Origin: Candidatus Sericytochromatia bacterium
GTDB taxonomy: Bacteria; Cyanobacteriota; Sericytochromatia; S15B-MN24; UBA4093
Assembly: GCA_036676495.1 (NCBI GenBank)
Contig: JAKFCT010000082.1
Coordinates: 32,001 to 96,000, forward strand
DNA length: 64,000 nt
Direction of reading: 5' to 3'
Shown here piece after piece: positions 42,348 through 53,100 of the stretch. A program made the translations under genes and the position numbers. The notes below the pieces were generated by a model. That model ran no database searches. It was not told the origin of the DNA and worked only from the letters and a program-made list of their open reading frames with translations. How positions within the stretch are numbered: position 1 is the first letter of the stretch; every line of letters begins with the position of its first letter.

Positions 42348-44060
42348 TTGGAGAACGTTCAGGTACTGCCCCTCGGAGGGACCGGGGAAATCGGGAAGAA
42401 CATGTGGGCCATCCGCTCCGGTTCGGACTTCCTGATCCTCGACTGCGGCTTCGCCTTCCCGACCGAGGAGATGTTCGGGATCGATCTGGTCCTGCCGGAT
42501 TACTCGGTCGTGCTGGAGAACCAGGAGGACCTGCGGGGCATCTACATCTCGCACGGGCATGAGGATCATATCGGGGGCCTGCCCTACCTCTTGAAGCAGC
42601 TCGACGTGATCGTGCCCATCTACGCGACCCCGCTGACCGCGGGCCTCATCGAGGCCAAGCTCAAGGAGCATGCGGCCATCCGCGGCAAGTTCCCGATCCA
42701 CGTGGTCCGTCCGCGCGACGTCGTGGACGCCGGGGCCTGCAAGGTCGAGTATATCCGGGTCACGCACTCGATTCCCGACGCCTGCTCGATCGCGGTCCAC
42801 ACCCCCGCCGGTACCGTCATCTACACCGGCGACTGGAAGATGGATCAGACCCCGGTCGACGGCCAGCACTTCGACTTCTACAAGTTCGCCGAGCTGGGCG
42901 AGAAGGGCGTTCTGCTGCTCCTGTCGGATTCCACCAACGCCACCCGCGAAGGCTTCACCCCCTCGGAGCGCATGGTGGAGATGGGCCTGGACGGCGCCTT
43001 CGCCACGGCCAAGAACCGGATCATCGTCTCGACCTTCGCCTCCAATGTCCACCGGGTCCAGATCTTCTGCAACCTGGCCCAGAAGTACGGGCGCAAGGTC
43101 GCGCTCGTCGGGCGCTCCCTCTTGAAGGTGGCCGACCAGGCGCGCAAGCACGGCTTCCTCACGGTGCCCGATGGCCTGCTCATCAAGATCGACGAGGCCA
43201 CCAACCTCCCCCACGATCAGGTGGTCATCGTGACGACCGGCTCGCAGGGGGAGCCCACCAGCGGCCTCACCCGGATCGCCAATCACCAGCACAAGCACAT
43301 CAACGTGGTGGCGGGCGATACCGTGATCCTCTCGGCCATCCCCATCCCGGGCAATGAGCGGACCGTCTCGCGCGTGATCAACACGCTCTTCGAGCACGGG
43401 GCGCACGTGGTCTACGAGACCTCGCGCTCGACCGCTCCCGGCGCCACCAAGCACGTCTCCGGGCATGCCAGCCGCGAAGAGATGCGCATCATGCTCACGC
43501 TCACCAAGCCGAAGTTCTTCGTGCCGATCCACGGCGAGGAGCGCCACCTGATCCGTCACGCCGAGCTCGCGGAGTCGGTCGGCATCCAGCCCGATCACAT
43601 CCTGATCCCCGCCAACGGGGACATCATGGAGTTCAATGCCGAGGCCTGCAAGGTCGTGGGCCAGTTCAACGCCGACCCGGTCCTGGTGGACGGCTCCGCC
43701 CTGGGCGTCGGCATGGGCCTGCTCAAGGATCGCAAGACCCTCGCCAACGAGGGGGTGGTCTCGGCGGTGGTCACCGTCGATGAGGAAGGCTTCGTGCTCG
43801 ATGGCCCGGAGCTCTTGAGCCAGGGCTTCATTCACCATGATGAGTTCGCAGAATTGCTCGACGACGCCCGGGAGGCCATCGTCGCCTCGCTCATGCGTTG
43901 CCGGGAAGAAGGCGCCCTGACCTCGGAGGCGCTCAACCGGCGTCTCAAGGAGGATATCGGACGCTTCCTCTACGAGCGGACGCGCCGGCGTCCCGCGATC
44001 CTCGCGATGGTCCAGGTCGTTCGCTCGGCCGGGATGTCCTCGGTGACCCGTTCCGCGTAG
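42348..44060 (+). CDS. rnj: Ribonuclease J
   Basis: PLGGTGEIGKN, HGHEDHIG, THSIPD, TGSQGEP, HVSGHA, PIHGE. Confidence 0.96.
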   Translation: MENVQVLPLGGTGEIGKNMWAIRSGSDFLILDCGFAFPTEEMFGIDLVLPDYSVVLENQEDLRGIYISHGHEDHIGGLPYLLKQLDVIVPIYATPLTAGLIEAKLKEHAAIRGKFPIHVVRPRDVVDAGACKVEYIRVTHSIPDACSIAVHTPAGTVIYTGDWKMDQTPVDGQHFDFYKFAELGEKGVLLLLSDSTNATREGFTPSERMVEMGLDGAFATAKNRIIVSTFASNVHRVQIFCNLAQKYGRKVALVGRSLLKVADQARKHGFLTVPDGLLIKIDEATNLPHDQVVIVTTGSQGEPTSGLTRIANHQHKHINVVAGDTVILSAIPIPGNERTVSRVINTLFEHGAHVVYETSRSTAPGATKHVSGHASREEMRIMLTLTKPKFFVPIHGEERHLIRHAELAESVGIQPDHILIPANGDIMEFNAEACKVVGQFNADPVLVDGSALGVGMGLLKDRKTLANEGVVSAVVTVDEEGFVLDGPELLSQGFIHHDEFAELLDDAREAIVASLMRCREEGALTSEALNRRLKEDIGRFLYERTRRRPAILAMVQVVRSAGMSSVTRSA

Positions 44061-44170
44061 CGTCGCGAACCCATGCTCAACGTGCCGAAGGTGCCGGATT
44101 CCGGCGCCTTTGGCGTATGCAGGCCCATACCTTGCGGTCCAGGGTTTTGATTTGGAGGCTACGTGGGATA

Positions 44171-46273
44171 ATGCATGTCATGGACCTCCTGGATGCACGC
44201 AACGTCGGGAACACCCCGCAGGCCGAGCTCATGCAGCTGCGGCGCTTCTTCGAGCTGTCGCTCGATCCGCTGGCGATCAGCGATGAGCACGGCTGCCTCA
44301 AGCGCCTGAATCCCGCCATGGAGCGGGTGCTCGGCTACTCGCAAGGCGAGCTGCTTGCGCGCTCCATGTTGGAGTTCGTTCATCCGGACGACCGGGCCAT
44401 GACCCAGGCGCAGCTGTCGCGCCTCAAGGCAGGCTTTCCCGTCTCGTACTTCGAGAACCGCTATCGCACCAAGGCCGGAGAGGTCGTTTGGTTGGCCTGG
44501 AGCTGTATCCCCGTGCCGGAGGAGGGCGTCTTCTACTCGGTGGCGCGGGATATCACGGCTCAGAAGCAAGGCGAGGAGCGCCTGAGGAATCAGCAGCACG
44601 TCCTCTCCGAGCTCTTGAGGCATCCCGCCATGCAGGGGGGCGACCTCCCGGGAGCCATGCGGGCCATCTCGGAGGCGGCGGCCCAGGCCATGGGCGTGGC
44701 GCGCGTCAGCGTCTGGTGCTACGACGAGACGAAGAGCCGCATCACCTGCCGCGATCTCTTCGAGACCGCAACCGGCATGCACCGCTCGGGGGACGTCTTG
44801 CTGGCGTGCGAGTACCCGGTGTACTTCCAGGCGCTGGCCAAGGAACGCCTCATCGCCGCTGGGGATGCGTGCGAGGACCCGCGGACTCGGGAGTTCGTCT
44901 CGGGCTATTTCGCGACCCATGGGATCACCTCACTGCTGGACGTGCCGTTGCGGATCGGCGGAGCGGTGGCGGGGATCCTCTGCCATGAGCACATCGGCCC
45001 GAAGCGCCAATGGACGGCCGAAGAAGAGGCCTTTGCCGCCGCGCTCGGAGATGCGCTGGCGCTGGCATGCGAGACGCATGAGCGTCACCAGGCGCAGGAA
45101 GCCTTGAGGCAGAGCGAGGAACGCTTCCGCTACGTCGCGTTCGCGACCACGGATGCCCTCTACGATTGGAATATCAGGACCGGGGAGTTCTGGTGGAGCG
45201 ACGGCTTGCAAAAGGTCAGCCCCTCCGCGGGGCTGGCCGATAGCTTCGGCATCGACCAGTGGCGCGAGCACCTGCACCCGGAAGACCGCGAGCGGGTCTG
45301 GTCCAGCTTGCGGGTGGCGCTCGCCCAGAAGGTGCCCTACTGGACCGAGGAGTATCGCTTCCTGCGGGAAAATGACGGCTATGCGACGATCCGGGAGCGG
45401 GGCTACGTCCTTCGTGACGCGGCGGGCCAGGCCATCCGGATGATCGGCGCGATGGAGGACATCACGGATCGGCGGCGGGCCGAGGAGGAAAGGGCCCGCT
45501 CGTTGGCCCGTGAAACCGCGGTGCGGAGCGAGTTCGAGGCCATCAAGGAGTTGAATCGCCTCAAGAACCAGTTCGTCAACGCCGTCTCGCATGACCTGCG
45601 GGTGCCGCTCACCTCGGTGATGGGGTACGCGGAGTTCCTCGAGGATGGGATCGGCGGCATGCTGACGCCGCAGCAAACGGTCTTCGTCGATCAGATCCAG
45701 AAGAATGCTCTGCGCCTGGCGCGCCTGGTGGATGACTTGCTCGATTTCGCGCGCATGGAAGCCGGGACGCTCAAGCTGAACCTGGAGGAGGCGGATCTGG
45801 TAGGCCGCCTGCGCGAGGTCGCGCAAAGCCTGAAGCCCCAGGTCGAGGCCGCCGGACTGACGCTCGACCTGGACCTCGCTTCCGAGCCGGTCGCGACCTG
45901 CGTCGACGTGCCGCGGATCGAGCGGGTCTTCTTCAACCTCATCAACAACGCCATCAAGTTCACCGCGTCCGGGGGAGCCATCCGCGTTCGCCTGGCCAGC
46001 GACCATGACGCGATTCGCGCCGAGGTTCACGATACGGGCGTCGGGATCGCCACCGAAGACCTGCCGAAACTCTTCAGGCCGTTCAGCCAATTGGTCGGCG
46101 CTCAGGTGAAGGGAGGGACCGGACTCGGTCTCAACATCGTCAAGCTCCTGGTCGAAGCGCATGGCGGCTCCGTCGGGGTCTCCAGCGAGTTGGGGCGCGG
46201 CAGCTGCTTCTGGTTCACCCTGCCCCAGCGCGCCTGTGCGGAGGCGGAATTACGGCAGTCGCTCGACGCGTGA
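44171..46273 (+). CDS. Cytoplasmic PAS-GAF-PAS sensor histidine kinase (orphan)
   Basis: Two HP(D/E)DR PAS motifs, GAF (DPRT, LDVP), H-box SHDLRVPL, NAIKFT, DTGVGI, GTGLGL; no TM segment. Start uncertain. Confidence 0.92.
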   Translation: MHVMDLLDARNVGNTPQAELMQLRRFFELSLDPLAISDEHGCLKRLNPAMERVLGYSQGELLARSMLEFVHPDDRAMTQAQLSRLKAGFPVSYFENRYRTKAGEVVWLAWSCIPVPEEGVFYSVARDITAQKQGEERLRNQQHVLSELLRHPAMQGGDLPGAMRAISEAAAQAMGVARVSVWCYDETKSRITCRDLFETATGMHRSGDVLLACEYPVYFQALAKERLIAAGDACEDPRTREFVSGYFATHGITSLLDVPLRIGGAVAGILCHEHIGPKRQWTAEEEAFAAALGDALALACETHERHQAQEALRQSEERFRYVAFATTDALYDWNIRTGEFWWSDGLQKVSPSAGLADSFGIDQWREHLHPEDRERVWSSLRVALAQKVPYWTEEYRFLRENDGYATIRERGYVLRDAAGQAIRMIGAMEDITDRRRAEEERARSLARETAVRSEFEAIKELNRLKNQFVNAVSHDLRVPLTSVMGYAEFLEDGIGGMLTPQQTVFVDQIQKNALRLARLVDDLLDFARMEAGTLKLNLEEADLVGRLREVAQSLKPQVEAAGLTLDLDLASEPVATCVDVPRIERVFFNLINNAIKFTASGGAIRVRLASDHDAIRAEVHDTGVGIATEDLPKLFRPFSQLVGAQVKGGTGLGLNIVKLLVEAHGGSVGVSSELGRGSCFWFTLPQRACAEAELRQSLDA

Positions 46274-46372
46274 GGCGGCTCGTTTAACAGATCCTAAACA
46301 GAATCGAAATCTAGCCGCCAAGCATGGCGGGAACAATGGTTCAGCCTTGATGAAGAGGAGGAACCCTTTTTT

Positions 46373-47104
46373 ATGCGTCATTTTCAATTGCTTGCCGCCA
46401 CGTTGGGGACCGTGTTCCTGGTTGCCGGCTGTGGAACCGGTTATTCGAGCGGCTTTATGGGCGGCCCCGTCCCGGATTTCGGTGAGATGGGCCCGCCGGC
46501 CTACCGCGAGCAGCCCCCCACCACGCCTCCGGATTTCACGATGCTGCCTCCGCCGGGCCAGCAGCCTGCTCCCCAGCCCAGCACGCCGACTCTGCCGTGG
46601 ACTCCGAAGCCCACCCCGACACCGACGCAGCCCACTCCGCCCCCCACGTATCCGACGCCGGCTCCGCCCCAGCCGACGCCTCCGCCGGCGAGCGATTCGG
46701 AGTTCCTGAGCCAGCTAGAGGATGACATCCTCAGGATGGTCAACGAGGAGCGGGCCAAGGTCGGCGCCAAGGCCCTCGCGATGGAGTCCATGCGGAGAGA
46801 TGTCGCGCGGGGCCACTCCAAGGACATGGCCGTGCGCAACTTCTTCGATCACAACAACCCGGATGGGAAGTCGCCTTTCGATCGCATGAGGAGCGCGGGC
46901 ATCAGCTACACGGCGGCCGGTGAGAACATCGCCTACAACACCTATCCGGTCGACCGGGCCGCGAAGGCCGCCATGGACGGGTGGATGAACTCCGAGGGGC
47001 ACCGGAAGAACATTCAGAACGCCAAGTACGGCCGCACCGGGATCGGCGTCTACCGCAACCCGTCGAACGGAAGGGTCTACCTGACCCAGGTCTTCACCAA
47101 TTAA
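46373..47104 (+). CDS. CAP/SCP-domain lipoprotein with Pro/Thr-rich linker
   Basis: Lipobox VAGC; VNEER, HSKDM, FFDH, GENIA, WMNSEGHRKNI. Confidence 0.92.
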   Translation: MRHFQLLAATLGTVFLVAGCGTGYSSGFMGGPVPDFGEMGPPAYREQPPTTPPDFTMLPPPGQQPAPQPSTPTLPWTPKPTPTPTQPTPPPTYPTPAPPQPTPPPASDSEFLSQLEDDILRMVNEERAKVGAKALAMESMRRDVARGHSKDMAVRNFFDHNNPDGKSPFDRMRSAGISYTAAGENIAYNTYPVDRAAKAAMDGWMNSEGHRKNIQNAKYGRTGIGVYRNPSNGRVYLTQVFTN

Positions 47105-47267
47105 TCTTCCCTATCTTGTCCCCCCTCGACGGGGGGACCGGCGAAGCCGAGGGGGGTGTTGGCCGGCGCAGCCATGGCGTTCCTCGTTAAAGGAACCTGG
47201 GAGCAGTAACACCCCCCGGGGCTTCGCCCCGCCCCCCCGTCAAGGGGGGGCAAGATAGGGAAGTTTA
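47102..47267. repeat. Nested-palindrome REP/MITE-like element, copy 4
   Basis: TAATCTTCCCTATCTTG...CAAGATAGGGAAGTTTA, with near-perfect terminal inverted repeats. Confidence 0.92.
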
Positions 47268-48863
47268 GGTGGGCACGGTCGCTGCCATCTCGAGAAGCGT
47301 CTCTCGGGGTGGCAGCGCGTTCTTGTTGAGGTCGATCGGGCCCAGGTCCGCAAGCGCCAGGAAGAAGGCCTCGACGACCTTGGGGTCGAAGTGGTTGCCT
47401 GCGCAGCGGTGCATTTCCTTGAGGGCCCAGTCCATGTCGACGCGGGGGCGGTACTTGCGATCGCTGGTGAGCGTGTCGAAGGCGTCCGCCAGCGCGAGGA
47501 TTCTGCCCCCGAGCGGGATGGCCTCGCCCTTGAGCTTGCGGGGGTAGCCGCCCCCATCCCAGCGCTCGTGGTGGGAGCAGGCGGCATCGGCGACGTCCCG
47601 CAACCCCTTGTAGGGCTCCAGGATCCGGTAGCCCTTGCCGGGATGCTGCTTGATGATGGCGAATTCCTCGTCGGTCAGCCGATCCGGCTTGTTGAGGATG
47701 GCGTCGGGGATGCCGATCTTACCGACGTCATGCAGGATACCCGCGAGCTTGAGGCGCTCGCAGACGTCGAAGGGCAGGCCCATCTTGCAGGCAATCAGGA
47801 AGCCGTACTGCGAGACGTTCTCGGAGTGGTTGGCGGTGTATTTGTCCTTGCTGTCCAGGGCGCGGGCCAGGGACTTGATGGTCTCGAGCGCGGCTTGCTG
47901 CAGTTCGCCGTAAAGCTCGACGTTGGCCATGGCCAGGGCGAGCTTGGCGGCGATTTCCTGGAGCAGTTGAATTTCGGAAGCCGTGAAGTCCGTGCCGTCG
48001 GTCTTGTTGTAGACCTCGAGGACCCCGTAGAACTGCTGAGAGGTGGCAATGGGCACGGCGACCACTTGCCGCTCGACGCAGCGATCATGGGGATCGCCTC
48101 CCAGGCGTTGCTGGATGGCTTCCGCGTTATGCGTGAGGGGGCGGGGGCTTTCGGCGAGCTCGCGGGCGATGCGACCGCAGGCATGGTCGGAGAGTTTTCC
48201 CGACATGGCATACGGGCAGCCGGCCGCCGCCGCGACTTCGAGCTCGCGCTTGGGGCCCTTGCGGGTGAAGATCAGGGCCCGTTCGGCCTGCATCCCACGC
48301 TGGACCAGGCTGGCCGTGGCTCCCAGGACCTCGGCGATCTCGGGCTTGAGGATGGCGGCATCGAACTCGGCCAGGAAGGTGGAGTGCGTTTGCTGGCGTT
48401 CCAGATCACGGCGCAGGGTCTCGCTCTCCGCCAAGCTGGTGACCAGGGGGACGAAGGCCGCCAAGAGGGCTTCCTCGTCGGGGGTGTAGTCGCGGGCTTC
48501 GCGGCTTCCCAGCGCCAGCACCCCCAGAGCCGTTTCCCTCGCGATGAGCGGGATGAAGAGCAGGGTGGGGAAGCGCCAGTCGTCGATCTCGCTCGGCAGG
48601 GCGTCCAGGCTGAGTTCGCCCTCCTGCACCAGCACCGGGTTGCGCTGCAGGGCCAGGTACTCGAAGAAGGGAAGCTGGTTGCGGCCGGGCGCCGACAGCT
48701 CGGCCATGGTCCGACCGATGGTGAAGAGGTGGGCGCGCTCGGCGCTCAGCATGGCGCGAGCAAGCGCGTAGATGCGCTCGAGCTTCGCCTCGAAGTCGGC
48801 GATCGCCTCGAGTTCCGCGGGCAGTTTGGCAAGACCTTGCCAGTGGGTCAAACGATCGATCAT
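47265..48863 (-). CDS. GAF-GAF-HD-GYP cyclic dinucleotide phosphodiesterase
   Basis: HSENV, LHDVGKIG, HHERWDGGGYP, ADAFD, R.YR; two GAF-like regions. Confidence 0.93.
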   Translation of the reverse strand: MIDRLTHWQGLAKLPAELEAIADFEAKLERIYALARAMLSAERAHLFTIGRTMAELSAPGRNQLPFFEYLALQRNPVLVQEGELSLDALPSEIDDWRFPTLLFIPLIARETALGVLALGSREARDYTPDEEALLAAFVPLVTSLAESETLRRDLERQQTHSTFLAEFDAAILKPEIAEVLGATASLVQRGMQAERALIFTRKGPKRELEVAAAAGCPYAMSGKLSDHACGRIARELAESPRPLTHNAEAIQQRLGGDPHDRCVERQVVAVPIATSQQFYGVLEVYNKTDGTDFTASEIQLLQEIAAKLALAMANVELYGELQQAALETIKSLARALDSKDKYTANHSENVSQYGFLIACKMGLPFDVCERLKLAGILHDVGKIGIPDAILNKPDRLTDEEFAIIKQHPGKGYRILEPYKGLRDVADAACSHHERWDGGGYPRKLKGEAIPLGGRILALADAFDTLTSDRKYRPRVDMDWALKEMHRCAGNHFDPKVVEAFFLALADLGPIDLNKNALPPRETLLEMAATVPT

Positions 48864-48940
48864 GGGTCTCGGTTTCTAGCCGCTGGCGTTCGCAGGGGGA
48901 AGACATGCTTATCCGTCATCTACCCGGCTCGAAGAGCAGG

Positions 48941-48969
48941 GAAACGGGCGGGAGTTTCCCCCCGCCCGT
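48941..48969 (-). terminator. Hairpin terminator after the 49050-50018 lipoprotein gene
   Basis: ACGGGCGGG / CCCGCCCGT stem followed by TTTC on the minus strand. Confidence 0.5.
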
Positions 48970-49049
48970 CAGGATCCGTCTAGAACGTCCTCGCGACGTC
49001 AGGCGAGCATCGTGCCGACCTTCACGTCACTGACCGAGGGCTTGGCAGG

Positions 49050-50018
49050 TTACGAAACCAGCTGGGAGGCTGGCCGAAACTTCGGCAAGACGATCGGTGC
49101 CGTGATGGGCGATCCGGCACGCACGTAGATGCTGGTCAGGACGCCCTTGCCGTCCTTGTCCCAGGTGATGGTGGCCCGCTTATTGTCGTAGTCCGGCTTG
49201 CCGTCTTTGCTGGCGTAGAAGGTGCCCTGGCCGGCGCCGCTGGGCTGCTTCTCGAGCTTGACGAACATCGGGTTCCCGCCATTGTCCACCCCGGCGGGGA
49301 CCACGACGCTCCAGGTTTCGCTGTTGAGGTCGATCGTGATCTCGCCCTCGTCGATTCGGTGGCCCTTGCTGATCTTGAACGTGCCGTCCAGGAGCGCGGA
49401 GTAGGCATCGAGCTTGCTCAGAGCGAGCTCGATCCGGGAGTCCTTGAGTGCGGAGAACCGTTCCACGTCGGTGGGAACGCTCTTGACCGTGACGTCGAGC
49501 TTGACCTCGGCCTGGTAGTCCTTGATCTTGTTGATGTCAAAATTAACGTTCGACGACTTGAGCATGGCTTTGCCGCCCGTCGTGAAGTTTTCGATCGGGG
49601 TGAAGTCGCCCTTCACGTAGAAGTAGCGGAAGTCGCCCGAAGTGTTCTCGATCTTGTATCCGTCGAACTTGCCCTCTTTGAAGGCGCCCCATCTCGCGTC
49701 GTTGTCCTCGGGGAGGTCGTCTGCGGTCGGTTCGAGGCTCGAGATGCGGTAGGCGGCGACGGACTTGAGGGCCGCGACGGACTTGAGGGCGTCGGCGGAG
49801 CCAGCGGCGGCGAGGCCCTGGCCGGCGGCGTCGACGGCGCTGGCCTCGAAGGCGGCGACGCTCTTGAGCTCGGATTCGCTGAGCTGGGTCAGCTTGGGGG
49901 TCTCGTCCTTGATGGTGTCCTTGCCGCCCGTGCCATTCTTGGGCAGGAATGCGTTCATGTCGCAGCCGGTCAGCATGGTGAGGGCCAAAAGGGCCGGGAT
50001 GGCGCGGGTCAGTTTCAT
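49050..50018 (-). CDS. Hypothetical beta-rich lipoprotein
   Basis: MKLTRAIPALLALTMLTGC lipobox; AAGGAG RBS. Confidence 0.8.
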   Translation of the reverse strand: MKLTRAIPALLALTMLTGCDMNAFLPKNGTGGKDTIKDETPKLTQLSESELKSVAAFEASAVDAAGQGLAAAGSADALKSVAALKSVAAYRISSLEPTADDLPEDNDARWGAFKEGKFDGYKIENTSGDFRYFYVKGDFTPIENFTTGGKAMLKSSNVNFDINKIKDYQAEVKLDVTVKSVPTDVERFSALKDSRIELALSKLDAYSALLDGTFKISKGHRIDEGEITIDLNSETWSVVVPAGVDNGGNPMFVKLEKQPSGAGQGTFYASKDGKPDYDNKRATITWDKDGKGVLTSIYVRAGSPITAPIVLPKFRPASQLVS

Positions 50019-50143
50019 TCGTCATCTCCTTCGAGCAGGCAAGCGATCAGGCAGTCGATCTTAAACTACCCTAGCTTGCATCATTCTAACCCGACGCTTG
50101 ACTGTTTAGCGAGAGGTTCGTCGCTGTGAAAGCGTGATCTTGG

Positions 50144-53100
50144 TTACGTTTGGAGGGGCGAGGCCGCGCTCAGTTGGGCCAGGTCGAGCTGGGCTCCCAG
50201 GCGCTCGAAGAGCTCGCGGGCCTGCGAATGCGCGCGTTCTCCGTCAGGGGTGCCGGCCAAGAGACGGGCCGACAGCGCATAGGCGCGCCCGAGCTCGAGG
50301 GGGGCATCGACGTCGCTCAAGCGGGCGATCGCCTCCGCCGCCTTCGCCTTCGCCGCTTCCAGGTCCCCGGCCTTCAGCGCCAACAGGCTCTGGATCCGGA
50401 GCACCACCGCCGGAGTGACGGGATCCCCCATCTCATGGGCGAAGTGAAGCGCCCGCTCCACGCTCTCCTGCGCCTCGGCCAGCAGATTCGCCTCGGCGCA
50501 GGCCAACGCGATGCTGCGGTAGACCTCCGGGAAGACTTCCCGCACATCCAGCGATTCGAAGATGGAGAGCCCCTTGCGCATGAACGTCAGGGCCTCTTCC
50601 AGCTTGTCACGATAGAAGAGGACGTTTCCGAGGTTGAAAAGGATGGTCGCCAGGATGTCCTTGTGCTGCAAGCGCTGCTGGATATCCAGCGCCTTGCGGA
50701 GATGTCCCTCCGCCTCCGCCAGCTTGCCCATCGCCATCAGGAGATCGCCCAGGTTGTTGTGGGCTTTGCTGATGAAATAGCCGTCTCCGATGCGCTCGTA
50801 AGCCTGTAAGCCGCGCAGGTAGTACTGCTCGGCAAGGGTGGTCTCGCCGGCGTCCGTGTAGATGGAGGCGAGATTGTTGCTGCTGGAGGCGACGCCCAGG
50901 AGATCCTTGGCCGCTTCCCGATGCTGCATGGCGAGCTGGGTGTGCTGGATGGCCTGCTCGAGGTTGCCCAGCCGCCAGAGGCATAGGCCGAGCACCGAAT
51001 GTGCGAATCCCGCTTCCTTCGGATGATCCCCGCCCTCGATCAGCGCGAGGCTCTCATGGCAGAGCATTTGGCAGGCTTCCTGCTCACCCGAGCGATACTT
51101 GGCGTAGGCGACCTTGGCGAGCAGGGAGGCCCGCTCGGTCGTGTACTCGGGCGGCAGCAGATCGTAGCCCTGCTGATAGGTGTCGAGGGCATTGGGGTAA
51201 TTCGCCTGCCGCTCGTAGAGATCGCCCTGGGCCAGCAAGACCTTGGCTTGATGCGGGGGGTCCGTGAGCAGCGCGAAAGCGGCCTCCAGAACGCTGTGGG
51301 CTTCCTCGAAAAGGTTGAGCGGCGTGAGGATCAAGCCCTTCAGGTAGAGGATCTCCCAGCGCTGCGGGCCCTCCAGGTCGGGCTGCTGGTCGATCAGGAC
51401 GAGCGCTCGCTCGATCGTCGCCCTGGCGGTCGCCAGGTCGAAGAAGTCAAACGCGCGCTGGGCGGCCTTCACCTGGTAGCGCAGCGCCCTCGCGAAGTTC
51501 TCGGCCAGCGCGAAGTGATGCGCCAGCAGATGGGCGTTTTCGTCCAGGTGATCCGCGTAGAGGCCTTCGATCGCCAGCCCCGCACGCCCGTGAAGCTCCT
51601 TGCGGCTGGAAAGTAGCAGGCTCTGGTAGGCCACTTCCTGAGTCAGCGCCTGAGTGAAGGCATAATCTCCGGACGAGGTCTGGTAGAGGAAGTTCGACTT
51701 GATCAGCTCGTCGAGTCCCGGTACCGGAAGCTCGGTTCCGGCCACCTTGGCGAGGAGGGCTTGCGAGAAGGTTCGCCCGAGCACGGAGGCTACTTGTAAC
51801 AACGAGCGTTTGAAGTGAGGCAGCCGGTCGAGGCGCGCCGCGACCGCCCCCTGGATCGTGCTGGGCATCTTGAATTCGCTGGACGGGCGCTGGACCTGCC
51901 AGCTGTCCTGGGTCTTCACGAGGACTCCCCCGTCGATCAGCGAGAAGACCAGCTCCTTCAGGTAGAAAGGGTTACCTTCCGCGCGCTCCTGAATCTGCTT
52001 CAGGAGCGTCGTCAGCGCGGGAGCCGATCCCGCGTCAGGAACCGCTCCCAAGAGCGAGATCAGCAGCTTCTGAGAGTCCTGGGCTTCGAGGGGGCGCACC
52101 TGGATCACCGTCAGATCGAGCTTCCAGAACGCCTGGGCATCGAACGACATGCCCGGGCGGTGCTGGACGACGATCATCATGCGCTGGCGATCGGGCTGGT
52201 GGGAAAGGTAGTCGAGGAAGAGCTTGAGCCAGGAAAGAGACGCCTCGTCGGCCCACTGGAGATCCTCGACGGAGAGCATGACCGGCTGAATCTGGGAGAG
52301 CGCGAGCAGGAGGCCGTTGAGGGCTTCCAGAGCGGCATTGCGCCGTTGCTCCTGGCCCAGGGACGCGATTTCCGAGCTGGAGGGATCGAGGCCGAGGAAG
52401 GTTCCCAGGAGGTCGGCAAGGCGGGACGCATCGTCCGGAGCGAAGTCCCGGCAGCGCGATTCCAAGGCGGCGCGGACTTCGTTGAGGGGCATGTGAGGCG
52501 TGGTCTTGGTCAGGTAGTGAAGGAGGTTGCCGACCATGCCGAAGGAGGAGCCCTGGGTGTAGGATTGGCAGCGGGCCCGCAAGCCCAAGGGGCTGGGCTG
52601 GCAGCGCTGGGAGAGGAACTGGCCGAGCAGGCGAGACTTGCCGACGCCGGCTTCACCCGAAACCACGATCAGCTGCGGATAGCCCTGGACGGCACGCTCC
52701 CATCCCAGGGTCAGCGAGTCGAGCTCACGGACGCGGTTCACGAAGGGATGGGCGTCGGGGTTCTGTTCCTCAACCTGCTTCAGGGGGCCTTCGAGTTCGT
52801 AAACCTCGACCGGCTGAACCTTGCCTTTGACCGTGATGGGGTCGAGCGTCATGAAGCTGAAACGGTGGCGGGCGAGGCGGTAGGTCTCCCCGGTGACCAG
52901 CACCTTTCCGGGACGGGCGTTGGATTCCATTCGCTGGGCCAGGTTCACGGTGTCGCCCATGACCGTGTAATCCTGTTTCTGGGCGCCGCCCACGGCTCCG
53001 GCGACCACCAGGCCGGTGTTGATCCCGATCCGGACCTTGAGGCCGATGCCGGTTTTGGCCTCGAGCTTGTCGGCGAATTCCTTGGCGGCGCGCTGCATCT

